A stretch of 64,000 bases of DNA from Planctomycetota bacterium (lineage in GTDB: Bacteria > Planctomycetota > B15-G4 > JADJEK01), in NCBI GenBank assembly GCA_044225365.1, contig JBGAIQ010000018.1, positions 1-64,000 on the forward strand. Direction: 5' to 3'. How positions within the stretch are numbered: the first letter of the stretch is position 1; every line of letters starts with the position of its first letter. Under the pieces are notes generated by a model. The model was not told the origin of the DNA. It did no database searches and saw only the letters and a program-made list of their open reading frames with translations. This document shows, in pieces, positions 11,294 to 20,714 of the stretch. The translations under genes were made by a program, and so were the position numbers.

Positions 11294-11310
11294 ATCGAAG
11301 GCCGTGCCAA
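11294..11310 (-). promoter_or_regulatory. Putative sigma54 (-24/-12) promoter
   Basis: TTGGCACGGCCTTCGAT: perfect -24 TGGCACG; -12 has GA instead of the canonical GC. Confidence 0.45.
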
Positions 11311-11498
11311 TTGGCGGCGGCGGGTGCAATCGTTCGGGAATCGTTCGGATTCGAGACTCGACATTCGCGAATTCGGGAATTCGTTCCCGTTCTTGCTCAT
11401 TCTTGTCGAACCAGCCCGGATCGGAGCATGCGTCGACCGGACGCCCTGACGCGAATGTAGCAAGAATGAAACGCGCGAGGCTTCACGAACGGGGTCGA

Positions 11499-11572
11499 GA
11501 CTGGGAACGATCGTTCCCAGTCATCTCAAGCACCTATTTAAAAAGGACTTTTACGATCAGAACGATCGTTCT
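11499..11572. promoter_or_regulatory. Pair of palindromic operator-like sites (core GAACGATCGTTC)
   Basis: Perfect 24-bp palindrome GACTGGGAACGATCGTTCCCAGTC (11499-11522) and 14-bp AGAACGATCGTTCT (11559-11572), flanking an AT-rich tract. Confidence 0.55.
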
Positions 11573-11629
11573 TGCTCGCGAGGATCCGCCGTCCCCATGG
11601 CGGCGAAGGGCGAGCACGCGGGCTTCGAT

Positions 11630-12400
11630 TCAGAGCGCCTCGATGGTCATGTCGTCGACGGTGTACGCCGCGTGCTCGATCGAGGTCAGCGAATACTGGA
11701 ACGACGTCACGTCGGTTCCATCGCACAACATGCGGAGACCGCAGGCCGCGTACACGTCGGCTGGATCGTCGAGATTCGTGACCTTGACCCGCCAGGTTCC
11801 AACCTTTCCGGGTTGGAAGCTGAGGGACATCTCGATCCGGTACGGCACACCGAGCCCGACCCGATAGCTCGTCGGCGCATTGCCGACCTTCAGCATGCCA
11901 TCACTTCCGTACAAGGACATCGTCGCCAGTCGTCCAGTCCCGGGCGTCGTACGATTGTCGATGGCGCAGCACTCGAAGTTCGACGAACTATCCGAATCGA
12001 TTCGCCGCAACGTGAACGCGATGTAGGTTGGCGAACCGGGAGCCGCGCCGTTCGGGAACAGAGTCGTCTGGACTCCGCCCGGGCCCGGCTGGTAGTCGAT
12101 CAGCGAAAGACAATTGTTGGTGAGGTTCGCGTCGAGGCGAATGACATTCAGAGCCGTTTCGCCCGGTGTCTTGTTTCCCGCCATGAAGCCCACGGCCGAG
12201 TGAATCGCAGGAGAACTGGTCGCGCTGGCGCTGCCGTAGGGGCACGCACCGAGCGGATCATCGTCGAACGACTCGCTGAACAGGATGCGCGAACTCTGCG
12301 CGGTCGTCGAATGCGCGAACGAGAAGCCCACGACGCCGACGATCGCGACGCCGACGCTCTGCATCAGGGAACGAGCGCATACAGGCAATCGTGCAGCCAT
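11630..12400 (-). CDS. Exported hypothetical protein (probable beta-sandwich)
   Basis: N-terminal signal/TM segment, LFSESFDD start of mature part, VDDMTI end. Confidence 0.7.
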   Translation of the reverse strand: MAARLPVCARSLMQSVGVAIVGVVGFSFAHSTTAQSSRILFSESFDDDPLGACPYGSASATSSPAIHSAVGFMAGNKTPGETALNVIRLDANLTNNCLSLIDYQPGPGGVQTTLFPNGAAPGSPTYIAFTLRRIDSDSSSNFECCAIDNRTTPGTGRLATMSLYGSDGMLKVGNAPTSYRVGLGVPYRIEMSLSFQPGKVGTWRVKVTNLDDPADVYAACGLRMLCDGTDVTSFQYSLTSIEHAAYTVDDMTIEAL

Positions 12401-12557
12401 CTTCAAATCCTCGTCACGCGAAACGGGCGCCGCTCAGCACCACCGATCACGGAATCGGGAAGTCACGCTTTCGAGCCACGATTCGAAATCGACGCGAAAA
12501 AGCTTGGTGCAGCGCACCGCACCCTGGATCGAGATCATACACCGAATGCGCACGCCG

Positions 12558-15377
12558 TCAGGAGCTTTTCGACTCGGAGAAATCGCTTCCCAAGCGAATC
12601 GCCACGCCTCCCACGAGCATTGCGATGAAAGCGAGGAGGAGCCCGATTCGATAGCTCTTTGGGGAGTACTCGAACGTGACGTGCGAGTGCCCCTTGGGAA
12701 CCTCGACGGCACGGAAGGTGTTGTGAGTCCGCAGGATCGGTACCGATGCGGAGTCGACCTTCGCGCTCCAACCCGGAAAATCATTGTCCGTGAGAACCAG
12801 CAGCGCACGGTCTGAGGCCTCGATTTCGAGGTCCACTCGATTCAGGTCGTACTGCGTGAAGCGGACCGTGCCGGTTCCACTCAATCCGACCGGTGGCTCG
12901 ACATCGTTCAGGAACGCGTGGGTTCGCGGGTCCATCGCGAAGAGCTCCGCCTTGCGCGCGGACGTGAGGGGTTCACGCGCATCGACCGCCGAGGGAACGA
13001 GGAACGCCCGAGGCAGCGCGCCATGATTTCGATACACGCGCGAGCGGCCATCGCGTCCCGTGAACACGAGTTCGAACCCTGGGAGCTTCTCGAGCGGCAG
13101 CGGCGAGCCCGTCACCACGTAGGCGAGTCCGAACAGGTCGAAGTACGGATTCTTGAACTGAACCGTGTCGCGGTCGTAGCGAACGAACGGCGTGCCTCCC
13201 ACCAGCAGCTTCAACAGCCCGTCGAAGCGCGCGTTCTGCATCTGGTCGTAGGCGCGCACGACGGAGAGATCGTACGCGTGGTTCATGTTGGGCTGCAGGA
13301 TCACGTCCTCGCAGAGGACGCGGAACGGACCCGCGCCCGAAGCCATCGCCTTCTCCGCTTCCTGTGCGAGGAAGTCGGTGACACTCGTTCGCGGATAGAT
13401 CGTCTCGATCTTCTCCGCGGGGTTGTACACGACGGCGAACGTCACGAGTTCGATGGCGATCGCGACGGGAACGAGCCAAAGGATCGGCGCACGCAGAACG
13501 AGGATCGCGGCGACGAAACCGATTCCGAGTGCGATGCGCAGGAACGCAAGGAATCGATCGAAGGCGAGCGGGCGAGACACTTCCACATCCGTCGACGACG
13601 ACCGATGCTCGCCCCCATCCGGCGCCATGCAGACGGCATCGAGGACGTAACGACCCGCTTCCGCCTTCGACGCGTCCCAGCGATGCTGGAAGACACCGGT
13701 CGCATCGGGTTTCGCTTCGAACTCCACCCCGCCGATTCGCACGCGAACGCGTGCTCCAGCGACCTGCGGATCGACCCTGCCCACGACGTCGACGACGAGT
13801 TGCGACCCACCCTTGCCGTCGGGCAACGGTGTCAAGCGATCCCCCGAATGCGGCGATGTGATCTCGATCGCTGCATCGGACGCCGGGTTCTTCACGGCTC
13901 CCGGGAGCGGAACGATCGCGAGGAGCAGCGCGACGGGAAGGGCGCAGCCCACCCGTACGGCAGCGCCGCGATAGCGGTCGGAACCCCCGTTCCGGATCTC
14001 GTCGATCGCGAAAGCTCCCGCGAGGATCGCCCCCGTCGCGAACACCGGAAGCATGCGGGTACTCGCAGCGAGGTCGAAGAGCGGTAACTCACGGAGCAGG
14101 CCGTTCAGCGGTTCGACGAAGCAGGCGAAGCCCAACCCGAATGCCATCGTCGACAGACAGAATCGAACTCGCGCCTTGTCGACGGCCACGACCACGAAGA
14201 GCAGCGCGAGGGAGAGGAGCACGATCCCCACGTACCCGCCGTTGACATCGGGATACGCCTCGGGTCCGACGTAGGCCGTGCCGCGAGCCGGATTCCCGTA
14301 CGAGTCGGGATCGAGCAGGAGCGCGCAGAGGGGCCGTGCTCCGAGGAGCCTCCAGGCGACGACCGCGCCTCCCAGGATCGCGCCTGCGATACATCCGAGG
14401 GCGACGCCACCGAATCGGCCGCCCCGCTCCTTCCGCAGCAGTAGGAAAGCCGTGGCGACCGCCACCAGACCGGTGAGAGCGAGAGCCCCGCCTCGCGCCG
14501 AGAACAGTTCGATCCCGTTCCGCGCGATCTGATGCGAATGCAGTTCCTGCCGCTCGAGTCGGCCCGTGGAGCGCGCGAGGTATTCGACGAACGGGAGCAA
14601 CTGGAACGAACAGAGCATGAGCGCGAGCACGCCGTACGGAAGGAGCCGCACGAGGCCGCGCCATCCATCGTGATGAACGACCCATGAGCAAACGAGGATC
14701 CCGATCGCGAGCGAGGTCTCGGCGTGTCCGCCGAGGAATTGAAGTGCGAGCACGCCTGCGAGGACCATTCCCCTCAAAGGTGAGGGTCGCTCTCGAAATC
14801 GTTCCGTTGCCAGCAGGCAGAACGGAATGAGGCACGACACGTTCGCGAGCGAGTAGTTCAGCCACACGACCTGGTAGCCGAACAGCATGAAGCCGATCCC
14901 GGATGCGAGCGCAGCCACGCGTGACGTCCGAAGGCAGCGCGCGAGCAGATATCCGCCGATTCCCGCAACGAGTAGTTTGAACAGCGCGGCGTAGAACATT
15001 CCGCGAGCGACGCCGACCGCGGGGAGGAAGCACAACCACGTCGCCGGGAAGAACAACGCCGACGACAGGTTTCCCATCATCGGGAGTCCACCGCCCGAGA
15101 GCGGCGTCCAGAGCGGCAACTCACCGTTCTGGACGTGACGCGCCATGAAGGCGAGCCACGGATAGAAGACCATTGCGGTATCCGAGGGTCCCGGATTCGA
15201 CGCGACGAATCCGTCGGGCCGCACTTCCGCGAACGGGACTGCGTTCGAATCGTTGTAGAGTGGATCGACCGACACCGGCGCTCGATCGGATGGCAAGCAA
15301 CGCGCGAGAGCCGCCAAGGCGACGATCACGAGCAAGCCGAACGATGCGATTCCGATCAGGCGTCGATCAAGCTGCAA
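12558..15377 (-). CDS. YfhO-family (GT-C) membrane glycosyltransferase with inserted Ig-like domain; start uncertain
   Basis: GELPLWTPLSGGGLP, ALFFP, GGH.E, ALPRAFLV, DNDFPGWSAKVD, FRAVEVPKG.S.VTFEY.P. Confidence 0.85.
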   Translation of the reverse strand: MQLDRRLIGIASFGLLVIVALAALARCLPSDRAPVSVDPLYNDSNAVPFAEVRPDGFVASNPGPSDTAMVFYPWLAFMARHVQNGELPLWTPLSGGGLPMMGNLSSALFFPATWLCFLPAVGVARGMFYAALFKLLVAGIGGYLLARCLRTSRVAALASGIGFMLFGYQVVWLNYSLANVSCLIPFCLLATERFRERPSPLRGMVLAGVLALQFLGGHAETSLAIGILVCSWVVHHDGWRGLVRLLPYGVLALMLCSFQLLPFVEYLARSTGRLERQELHSHQIARNGIELFSARGGALALTGLVAVATAFLLLRKERGGRFGGVALGCIAGAILGGAVVAWRLLGARPLCALLLDPDSYGNPARGTAYVGPEAYPDVNGGYVGIVLLSLALLFVVVAVDKARVRFCLSTMAFGLGFACFVEPLNGLLRELPLFDLAASTRMLPVFATGAILAGAFAIDEIRNGGSDRYRGAAVRVGCALPVALLLAIVPLPGAVKNPASDAAIEITSPHSGDRLTPLPDGKGGSQLVVDVVGRVDPQVAGARVRVRIGGVEFEAKPDATGVFQHRWDASKAEAGRYVLDAVCMAPDGGEHRSSSTDVEVSRPLAFDRFLAFLRIALGIGFVAAILVLRAPILWLVPVAIAIELVTFAVVYNPAEKIETIYPRTSVTDFLAQEAEKAMASGAGPFRVLCEDVILQPNMNHAYDLSVVRAYDQMQNARFDGLLKLLVGGTPFVRYDRDTVQFKNPYFDLFGLAYVVTGSPLPLEKLPGFELVFTGRDGRSRVYRNHGALPRAFLVPSAVDAREPLTSARKAELFAMDPRTHAFLNDVEPPVGLSGTGTVRFTQYDLNRVDLEIEASDRALLVLTDNDFPGWSAKVDSASVPILRTHNTFRAVEVPKGHSHVTFEYSPKSYRIGLLLAFIAMLVGGVAIRLGSDFSESKSS

Positions 15378-15492
15378 ACTCGTCGTCCTCAAGGTCTTCT
15401 CGCAGTTCGACGAAACGATATCATCCCGCGGCTTGCGAATCTCGCGAACGATCGTGAGGATCGCCGGTTGCTCCCTCCACCCCGCAGGCCCC

Positions 15493-16212
15493 ATGATCAG
15501 CGCGGTCGTTCCCGTCTACAACGAAGCCCTATGCCTCGAAGCGTCGCTCGAGACGCTCTCGGCATACCTTCGTTCGCGGTACGGCGATGCCTTCGAGATC
15601 GTGGCGGTCGACGATGGCAGCCGCGACCGCAGTGTGGAGATCCTGCGAGCGAACGCGGAGAAGAAGCGCATCCGCGTGCTCGAGAATTCGGTCAATCTCG
15701 GCAAGGGCGCGACCGTGCGGCGTGGAATGCTCGAGGCGGCGGGCGATCCCGTGTTCTTCACGGACGCCGACCTCTCGACTCCGCTCGAAGAACTCGAGCG
15801 GTTCGAGGAGATGCTGAGATCCGGCAAGGACGTCGTGATCGGAACGCGCAAGCACGCCGCGGCGAGCATTTCGAAGGCACAGAACGCGGTCCGCACGTAC
15901 ATGGGACTCGGGTACACGAAGCTCGTGAATTCTCTGCTCGGACTCTCGCTCTCGGACTACACGTGTGGATTCAAGCTGTTCTCGCGTGAGGCCGCGCAAG
16001 CGATCTTCTCACGAAGTGTGACCGACGGCTGGTCGTTCGACGCCGAGATCATGTTCCTCGCGAAGCGGCTCGGGTTCGAGATCGCGGAGATCCCCGTGCA
16101 CTGGGAGGATAAACCGGATTCCAAGGTTCGGCTCGTGCGCGACACCACGCGCTCCTTCGCCGAACTCGTCGCCATTCGGCTGCGGGCCGCGCGGGGCGGA
16201 TACGGGCGATGA
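15493..16212 (+). CDS. GT2 polyprenol-phosphate sugar synthase (DPM/DPG synthase-like)
   Basis: SAVVPVYNE, VDDGSRD, NLGKG, FTDADLS, D.TCGFKLF, FDAE. Confidence 0.9.
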   Translation: MISAVVPVYNEALCLEASLETLSAYLRSRYGDAFEIVAVDDGSRDRSVEILRANAEKKRIRVLENSVNLGKGATVRRGMLEAAGDPVFFTDADLSTPLEELERFEEMLRSGKDVVIGTRKHAAASISKAQNAVRTYMGLGYTKLVNSLLGLSLSDYTCGFKLFSREAAQAIFSRSVTDGWSFDAEIMFLAKRLGFEIAEIPVHWEDKPDSKVRLVRDTTRSFAELVAIRLRAARGGYGR

Positions 16213-16411
16213 ATCCCCACGCGCTGAATCGATCGCGGTCGACCTTGGGCCAAAGCGCTAGAAATCGCGGCCCGCGGTTCCATCCCGGGCTAGACTCCCG
16301 ATCCGCCCGAGTCCCTCGCGTTCCAGTGAATGCCGTGGAACGGTCGGCACCCGATTCGACGGGTACCGACGGCGACCTTCGAGTTCCCAATCCCCGATCC
16401 TGCTGCTTCGA

Positions 16412-17818
16412 ATGACCTCACGCTACACGATCATCGGAGCCGGCCTCGCCGGTCTGTCGACCGGCTACAACCTCACCAAAGGTGAGAAGCAGGTCCGTCT
16501 GCTCGAACGCGAACCCTACATCGGCGGGCTCGCAGCTTCGTTCCAGCGCGATGGGTACACCTTCGATCTCGGCCCCCACCGCTTCCACACGCGCAACAAA
16601 CGCGTGAACGAACAGGTTCAGGATCTGCTCGGTGCGAACAAGCACTGGCGCGACCGGTTGTCCCGAATCTTCATGCTCGGGAAGTTCTTCAACTATCCGC
16701 TGAAAGCGGGCAACGTCGTCACGAGCCTGCCGCCGTGGTTGCTCATCCGCTCGTTCCTCGACTACCTCGCGATCCGGATCGAGAATCGGCTGCGGCCGAT
16801 CCCGGATGACTGCTTCCAGAATTGGGTGCTGAAGCGCTTCGGCAAAACGCTCTACCGCCTGTTCTTCGGCACCTACACGGAGAAGGCGTGGGGCATGCCC
16901 TGTACCCAGATCTCCGCGGACTGGGCGGCGCAACGGATCACGGTCCTCAATCTGATGGACACCGTCAAGAAGACGTTGATCCGACCGAAGAACGCCCCGC
17001 GCACACTGGTGTCGAAGTTCTTCTATCCGATCCACGGCGGCATTGGTTCGATCGCGGAGCGCTACGGCGAGGAGATCAAGAAGATCGCCGGCAACTCCAT
17101 CGACACCGGCATCCAGATCGAGCGAATCCGCTGGTCCGGGAAGCGCGTCGTTGGGATCGACTTCACCAAGGACGGGAAGCGCCACAGCGAGGACACCGAG
17201 TACCTCATCAGCACGATCCCGATCACGACCGCGATCGATCTGTTCGACCCCGAGCCGCCCGAAGCAGTCCGGAGTGCGCGGCAAGCGCTGCGATACAAAG
17301 CGATCGTCTTCGTGATGCTGCAGCTCGATCGCAAGAAGGTCACCGACGATCACTGGATCTACCTCCCCGAGCAACATCTGAAGGTGCATCGCATCTCGGA
17401 GTTCAAGAACTTCTCCGAGCACTGCACTCCCGACGGCAAGACGCTCGTCGCCGCCGAGATCACCTGCAACTACGAGGACAACATCTGGTCGATGGACAAG
17501 GCTCAGCTCATCGACCTCGCTGCAGCAGACCTCGAACGCGTAGGTCTGATCCGCCGCGCGGAAGTGATCGACGGCTACATCCATCGCGAACGCTACAGCT
17601 ACCCGCTCTACGACCTGACCTATCGAGACCACGTCGATACATGCCTGACGTGGATGAAGCAGTTCGAGAACTTCACGTCGACGGGGCGCCAGGGCCTCTT
17701 CCAATACGGCAACATGGACCACTCGATCGCGATGGGACTCGTGCTCGCCGAGCGGCTGCTGCGAGGCACCGGCGACGAACACGACAAACTGCTCGGCGAG
17801 GAAGAGAGCGTCGATTGA
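16412..17818 (+). CDS. FAD-dependent oxidoreductase (HemY/UDP-galactopyranose mutase-like group)
   Basis: IIGAGLAGL Rossmann motif, GGLA, FDLGPHRF, GRQGLFQYGNMDHS. Confidence 0.8.
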   Translation: MTSRYTIIGAGLAGLSTGYNLTKGEKQVRLLEREPYIGGLAASFQRDGYTFDLGPHRFHTRNKRVNEQVQDLLGANKHWRDRLSRIFMLGKFFNYPLKAGNVVTSLPPWLLIRSFLDYLAIRIENRLRPIPDDCFQNWVLKRFGKTLYRLFFGTYTEKAWGMPCTQISADWAAQRITVLNLMDTVKKTLIRPKNAPRTLVSKFFYPIHGGIGSIAERYGEEIKKIAGNSIDTGIQIERIRWSGKRVVGIDFTKDGKRHSEDTEYLISTIPITTAIDLFDPEPPEAVRSARQALRYKAIVFVMLQLDRKKVTDDHWIYLPEQHLKVHRISEFKNFSEHCTPDGKTLVAAEITCNYEDNIWSMDKAQLIDLAAADLERVGLIRRAEVIDGYIHRERYSYPLYDLTYRDHVDTCLTWMKQFENFTSTGRQGLFQYGNMDHSIAMGLVLAERLLRGTGDEHDKLLGEEESVD

Positions 17819-17861
17819 TCGTCCGCGCGCGGACGATCGCTTCGACCGACTCCAATTCCGA

Positions 17862-18782
17862 ATGAAGAGCTCCGCGGAAGTCATCTCGGCCGTCCCCAAG
17901 ATTCACGTCCCTTGCTACCTCTGCGGCAAGGACGAGCCGAAGACCCTGTTCGAACAGCCGCCCTACAAAGTGGTGCGCTGTCAGAATTGTGATCTCGTCT
18001 ACACGCTTCCGCGCCTGTCGCCCGAACAGATCAGGGCGATGTACCAAACGGCCTACTGGTCGTCCGACGCGGCGAAGGAGTTCGGCTACACCGACTACCT
18101 GAAGGACAAGGAACTCTACCTCGCCACCTATCGCATGCGCCGCGAGGTCATCACGTCCCGCAAGCCGCAGGCGGGCCGGATCCTCGATGTCGGATCGGCC
18201 GCCGGATACTTCCTCGCGACGATGGCGGAGATCGGCTGGGACTGTCACGGGATCGAGTTGTCTCAGTTCATGGCGGACAAGTCGCGCGAGTTGTTCGGTC
18301 TGAAGGACGTGCGTTCGGGCTCGATCCTCGACGCCGATTACGCGAAGAACAGCTTCGACGTCGTGACCTTCTGGGACGTCGTCGAACACCTCGAGGACCC
18401 GATCCCGCACCTGAAGAAGGCGCGCGAACTGCTGAAGGACGACGGGATCCTCGTGATCGAGACGCAGAACGTCGAGTCACGATTCGCGAAGGTGATGGGA
18501 TCGCGCTGGCAGCACTTCAAGATGGCGGAGCATCTCAATCACTTCGCGCCGAAGACGGTCGCCGTGCTTCTCGAGAAGGCCGGCTTTGCGATCGAAGAGA
18601 ACACGGGGAAGCGTGGCGGCAAGAAGATCTCGTTCGACTTCCTCGTCGAACGCGTCGGCAAGATCCACCCCGTGCTATCGATCCTCTTCTCACCGCTCCG
18701 TCTCATCGGCTCGGCCTCCCTCTACGTGAATCTCTTCGACGAGATGCTCGTCGTGGCACGCAAGTCGGCCGCGCGGGACTAG
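17862..18782 (+). CDS. Class I SAM-dependent methyltransferase with N-terminal Cys (Zn) motif
   Basis: CYLC...CQNC, ILDVGSAAG, DVVEHLEDP. Confidence 0.85.
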   Translation: MKSSAEVISAVPKIHVPCYLCGKDEPKTLFEQPPYKVVRCQNCDLVYTLPRLSPEQIRAMYQTAYWSSDAAKEFGYTDYLKDKELYLATYRMRREVITSRKPQAGRILDVGSAAGYFLATMAEIGWDCHGIELSQFMADKSRELFGLKDVRSGSILDADYAKNSFDVVTFWDVVEHLEDPIPHLKKARELLKDDGILVIETQNVESRFAKVMGSRWQHFKMAEHLNHFAPKTVAVLLEKAGFAIEENTGKRGGKKISFDFLVERVGKIHPVLSILFSPLRLIGSASLYVNLFDEMLVVARKSAARD

Positions 18783-18788
18783 AGCTCG

Positions 18789-19538
18789 ATGGAAGGCGTC
18801 GCCTACGACCAGTTCCTGTCGCTCGAGCGCGAGCACTGGTGGTTCATCGGCCGCCGCCGTTGCTACTTCTCCCTCCTCGAGCACTTCCTCCCCGCACGAA
18901 CCGACATGCGGATCCTCGACGTCGGTTGCGGCATGGGCGGGATGCTCCCCGAACTCTCCCGCTTCGGTAGACCGATCGGCATCGACGCCGATCGCCGTTC
19001 GATCGAGATCTGCCGCGAACGCGGTTTCGGAAACAGTTTCCTCGGTGGCGGTCAGGAGATCGCGGCGCGCGACTCCTCGATCGATCTCGTGACGTTCTTC
19101 GACTGTATCGAGCACCTCCCCGACGATCGCGCCGCGCTCGCCGACGCACATCGCGTGCTCGCGCCCGGTGGTCATCTCTTCATCTCCGTCCCCGCGTATC
19201 AGTTCCTGTTCTCGAACAACGATCGGGTCGCCCGTCATTTCCGCCGCTACACGCGCGGCGATCTCGTCTCCAAGGTCCGCGCCACGGGTTTCACGATCGT
19301 GAAGGCGACCTACGTCAACGTAACCCTATTCCCCCTCATCCTCCCGGCGGTCCTTCTCTACAAGGTGAAAGAAGCCGTCTGGCCGAAGCCGAACGACGAG
19401 CGCACGAACCTGTCGCACGTTCCACCGCGCGCGATCAACGCGGTGCTCGCGGCCATCTTCGGTGGCGAGGGCCGGATCTTGCGCCACCTCTCGGCGCCGT
19501 TCGGTCACTCCATCGCCCTGCTCGCGAAGAAGATCTGA
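18789..19538 (+). CDS. Class I SAM-dependent methyltransferase
   Basis: HWWF, ILDVGCGMG, IEHL.DD, HFRRY. Confidence 0.85.
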   Translation: MEGVAYDQFLSLEREHWWFIGRRRCYFSLLEHFLPARTDMRILDVGCGMGGMLPELSRFGRPIGIDADRRSIEICRERGFGNSFLGGGQEIAARDSSIDLVTFFDCIEHLPDDRAALADAHRVLAPGGHLFISVPAYQFLFSNNDRVARHFRRYTRGDLVSKVRATGFTIVKATYVNVTLFPLILPAVLLYKVKEAVWPKPNDERTNLSHVPPRAINAVLAAIFGGEGRILRHLSAPFGHSIALLAKKI

Positions 19539-19545
19539 AGGAAGC

Positions 19546-20643
19546 TCAGCGCGGCGCGATCTTGTCGAGGAGCTGCGCGAGGTGACGCTCGTACTCCAAC
19601 GGCTGATCCTGGATCGCAGCGCCGTGGCGCGAACCCGGCACGACCCACAACGTCTTGTCGCGTTCACCGAGCGACTCGAAGACTCGGCGAACGTCTTCGG
19701 GACGCATCATCTCGTCGTTCTCGCCCCCGACGACCAGAGCCACGACGGATTTCGAGAGTTTCGGCAACTCCTCGACGGGACGCACTGCATCGAACGAGAT
19801 CCCGCCGATCGCGCGGAGCGCGAGTTTGTTGAGGAACCGATAGGGTGCGGGAAAACCGATCCGGCTCTCCAACTGATGGTCGGCCGCTTCTTCGAGCGTC
19901 GCCATCGGAGAATCGAGGACGAGCGCGGCCGGCGGCGGATCGAGCCGTGGCGCGGCGAGGGAAACCGCCGCTGCGCCGAGCGACACGCCATAGACCACGA
20001 GCGGCAGACCCTGGGCTTCGTCCCGCGACCGAACGAACTCCACCGCGGCGATCACGTCGCCGGACTCGTCGCGTCCGAACGTGCACTTCTTCGCGCCGGA
20101 ACCGCCATGGTTGCGTAGTTCGAGCAGGAGAACCTCGACGCCGAGATCTCGGAGCTTCGATCCCACTCGTTCGATCTCGAGCGCGCCGCGGAAGAGGCCA
20201 TGCGCGAGCACGGCGACGGCGCGAGGCTTCGCATTCGCCTGCGGAGGCACGAGGAATCCGCGCAGCCTCAGACCGTCCTTCGATTCGATCCAAACGGTGA
20301 ATCGGTTCTCGCCGGTCTTCGGTTTGGGTTGATCCGCCCGCCGCAGTCGTTGCGCGATCGTCCAACGGCCAGTGTCGTCGATGTCCGGGCCCTGGTAGTA
20401 CGCCTCGTCCTCGCGCGTGTGGGTCGTGCTCGTCGCGAAGAAACTGACGAAGATCGGTTCGGCGACGAGGAAGGCAAGGGGCACGATCCACAGATGCGCG
20501 CGGTAGAACGGCGCGAAGAACCGCTGGGGCCGACGCCCGAGGAAGAAGAGCACGAGTCGCACGAGCAACGCGATCGCGGACAGGCCGGCGATCACGGCGA
20601 GGGCGGGCACCGAGACGAGCATGATCCAGAAGGGCGGTCTCAT
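19546..20643 (-). CDS. Membrane-anchored alpha/beta hydrolase
   Basis: Two N-terminal TMs, AHG, RNHGGS, GVSLG nucleophile elbow, catalytic D and H. Confidence 0.85.
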   Translation of the reverse strand: MRPPFWIMLVSVPALAVIAGLSAIALLVRLVLFFLGRRPQRFFAPFYRAHLWIVPLAFLVAEPIFVSFFATSTTHTREDEAYYQGPDIDDTGRWTIAQRLRRADQPKPKTGENRFTVWIESKDGLRLRGFLVPPQANAKPRAVAVLAHGLFRGALEIERVGSKLRDLGVEVLLLELRNHGGSGAKKCTFGRDESGDVIAAVEFVRSRDEAQGLPLVVYGVSLGAAAVSLAAPRLDPPPAALVLDSPMATLEEAADHQLESRIGFPAPYRFLNKLALRAIGGISFDAVRPVEELPKLSKSVVALVVGGENDEMMRPEDVRRVFESLGERDKTLWVVPGSRHGAAIQDQPLEYERHLAQLLDKIAPR

Positions 20644-20714
20644 TGCGATTCATCTCTCGTCGGCTGCGACGCGGTGAATAGAATCGGCCGCTCGTCCCTT
20701 GCAGGAGATTCGAC

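Noticed and set aside
10901-11463. Several 100-150 aa ORFs in the prkA upstream region
   Set aside because: Overlapping and mutually exclusive, with no recognisable motifs; the region is better explained by RNA hairpins, a terminator and regulatory sites
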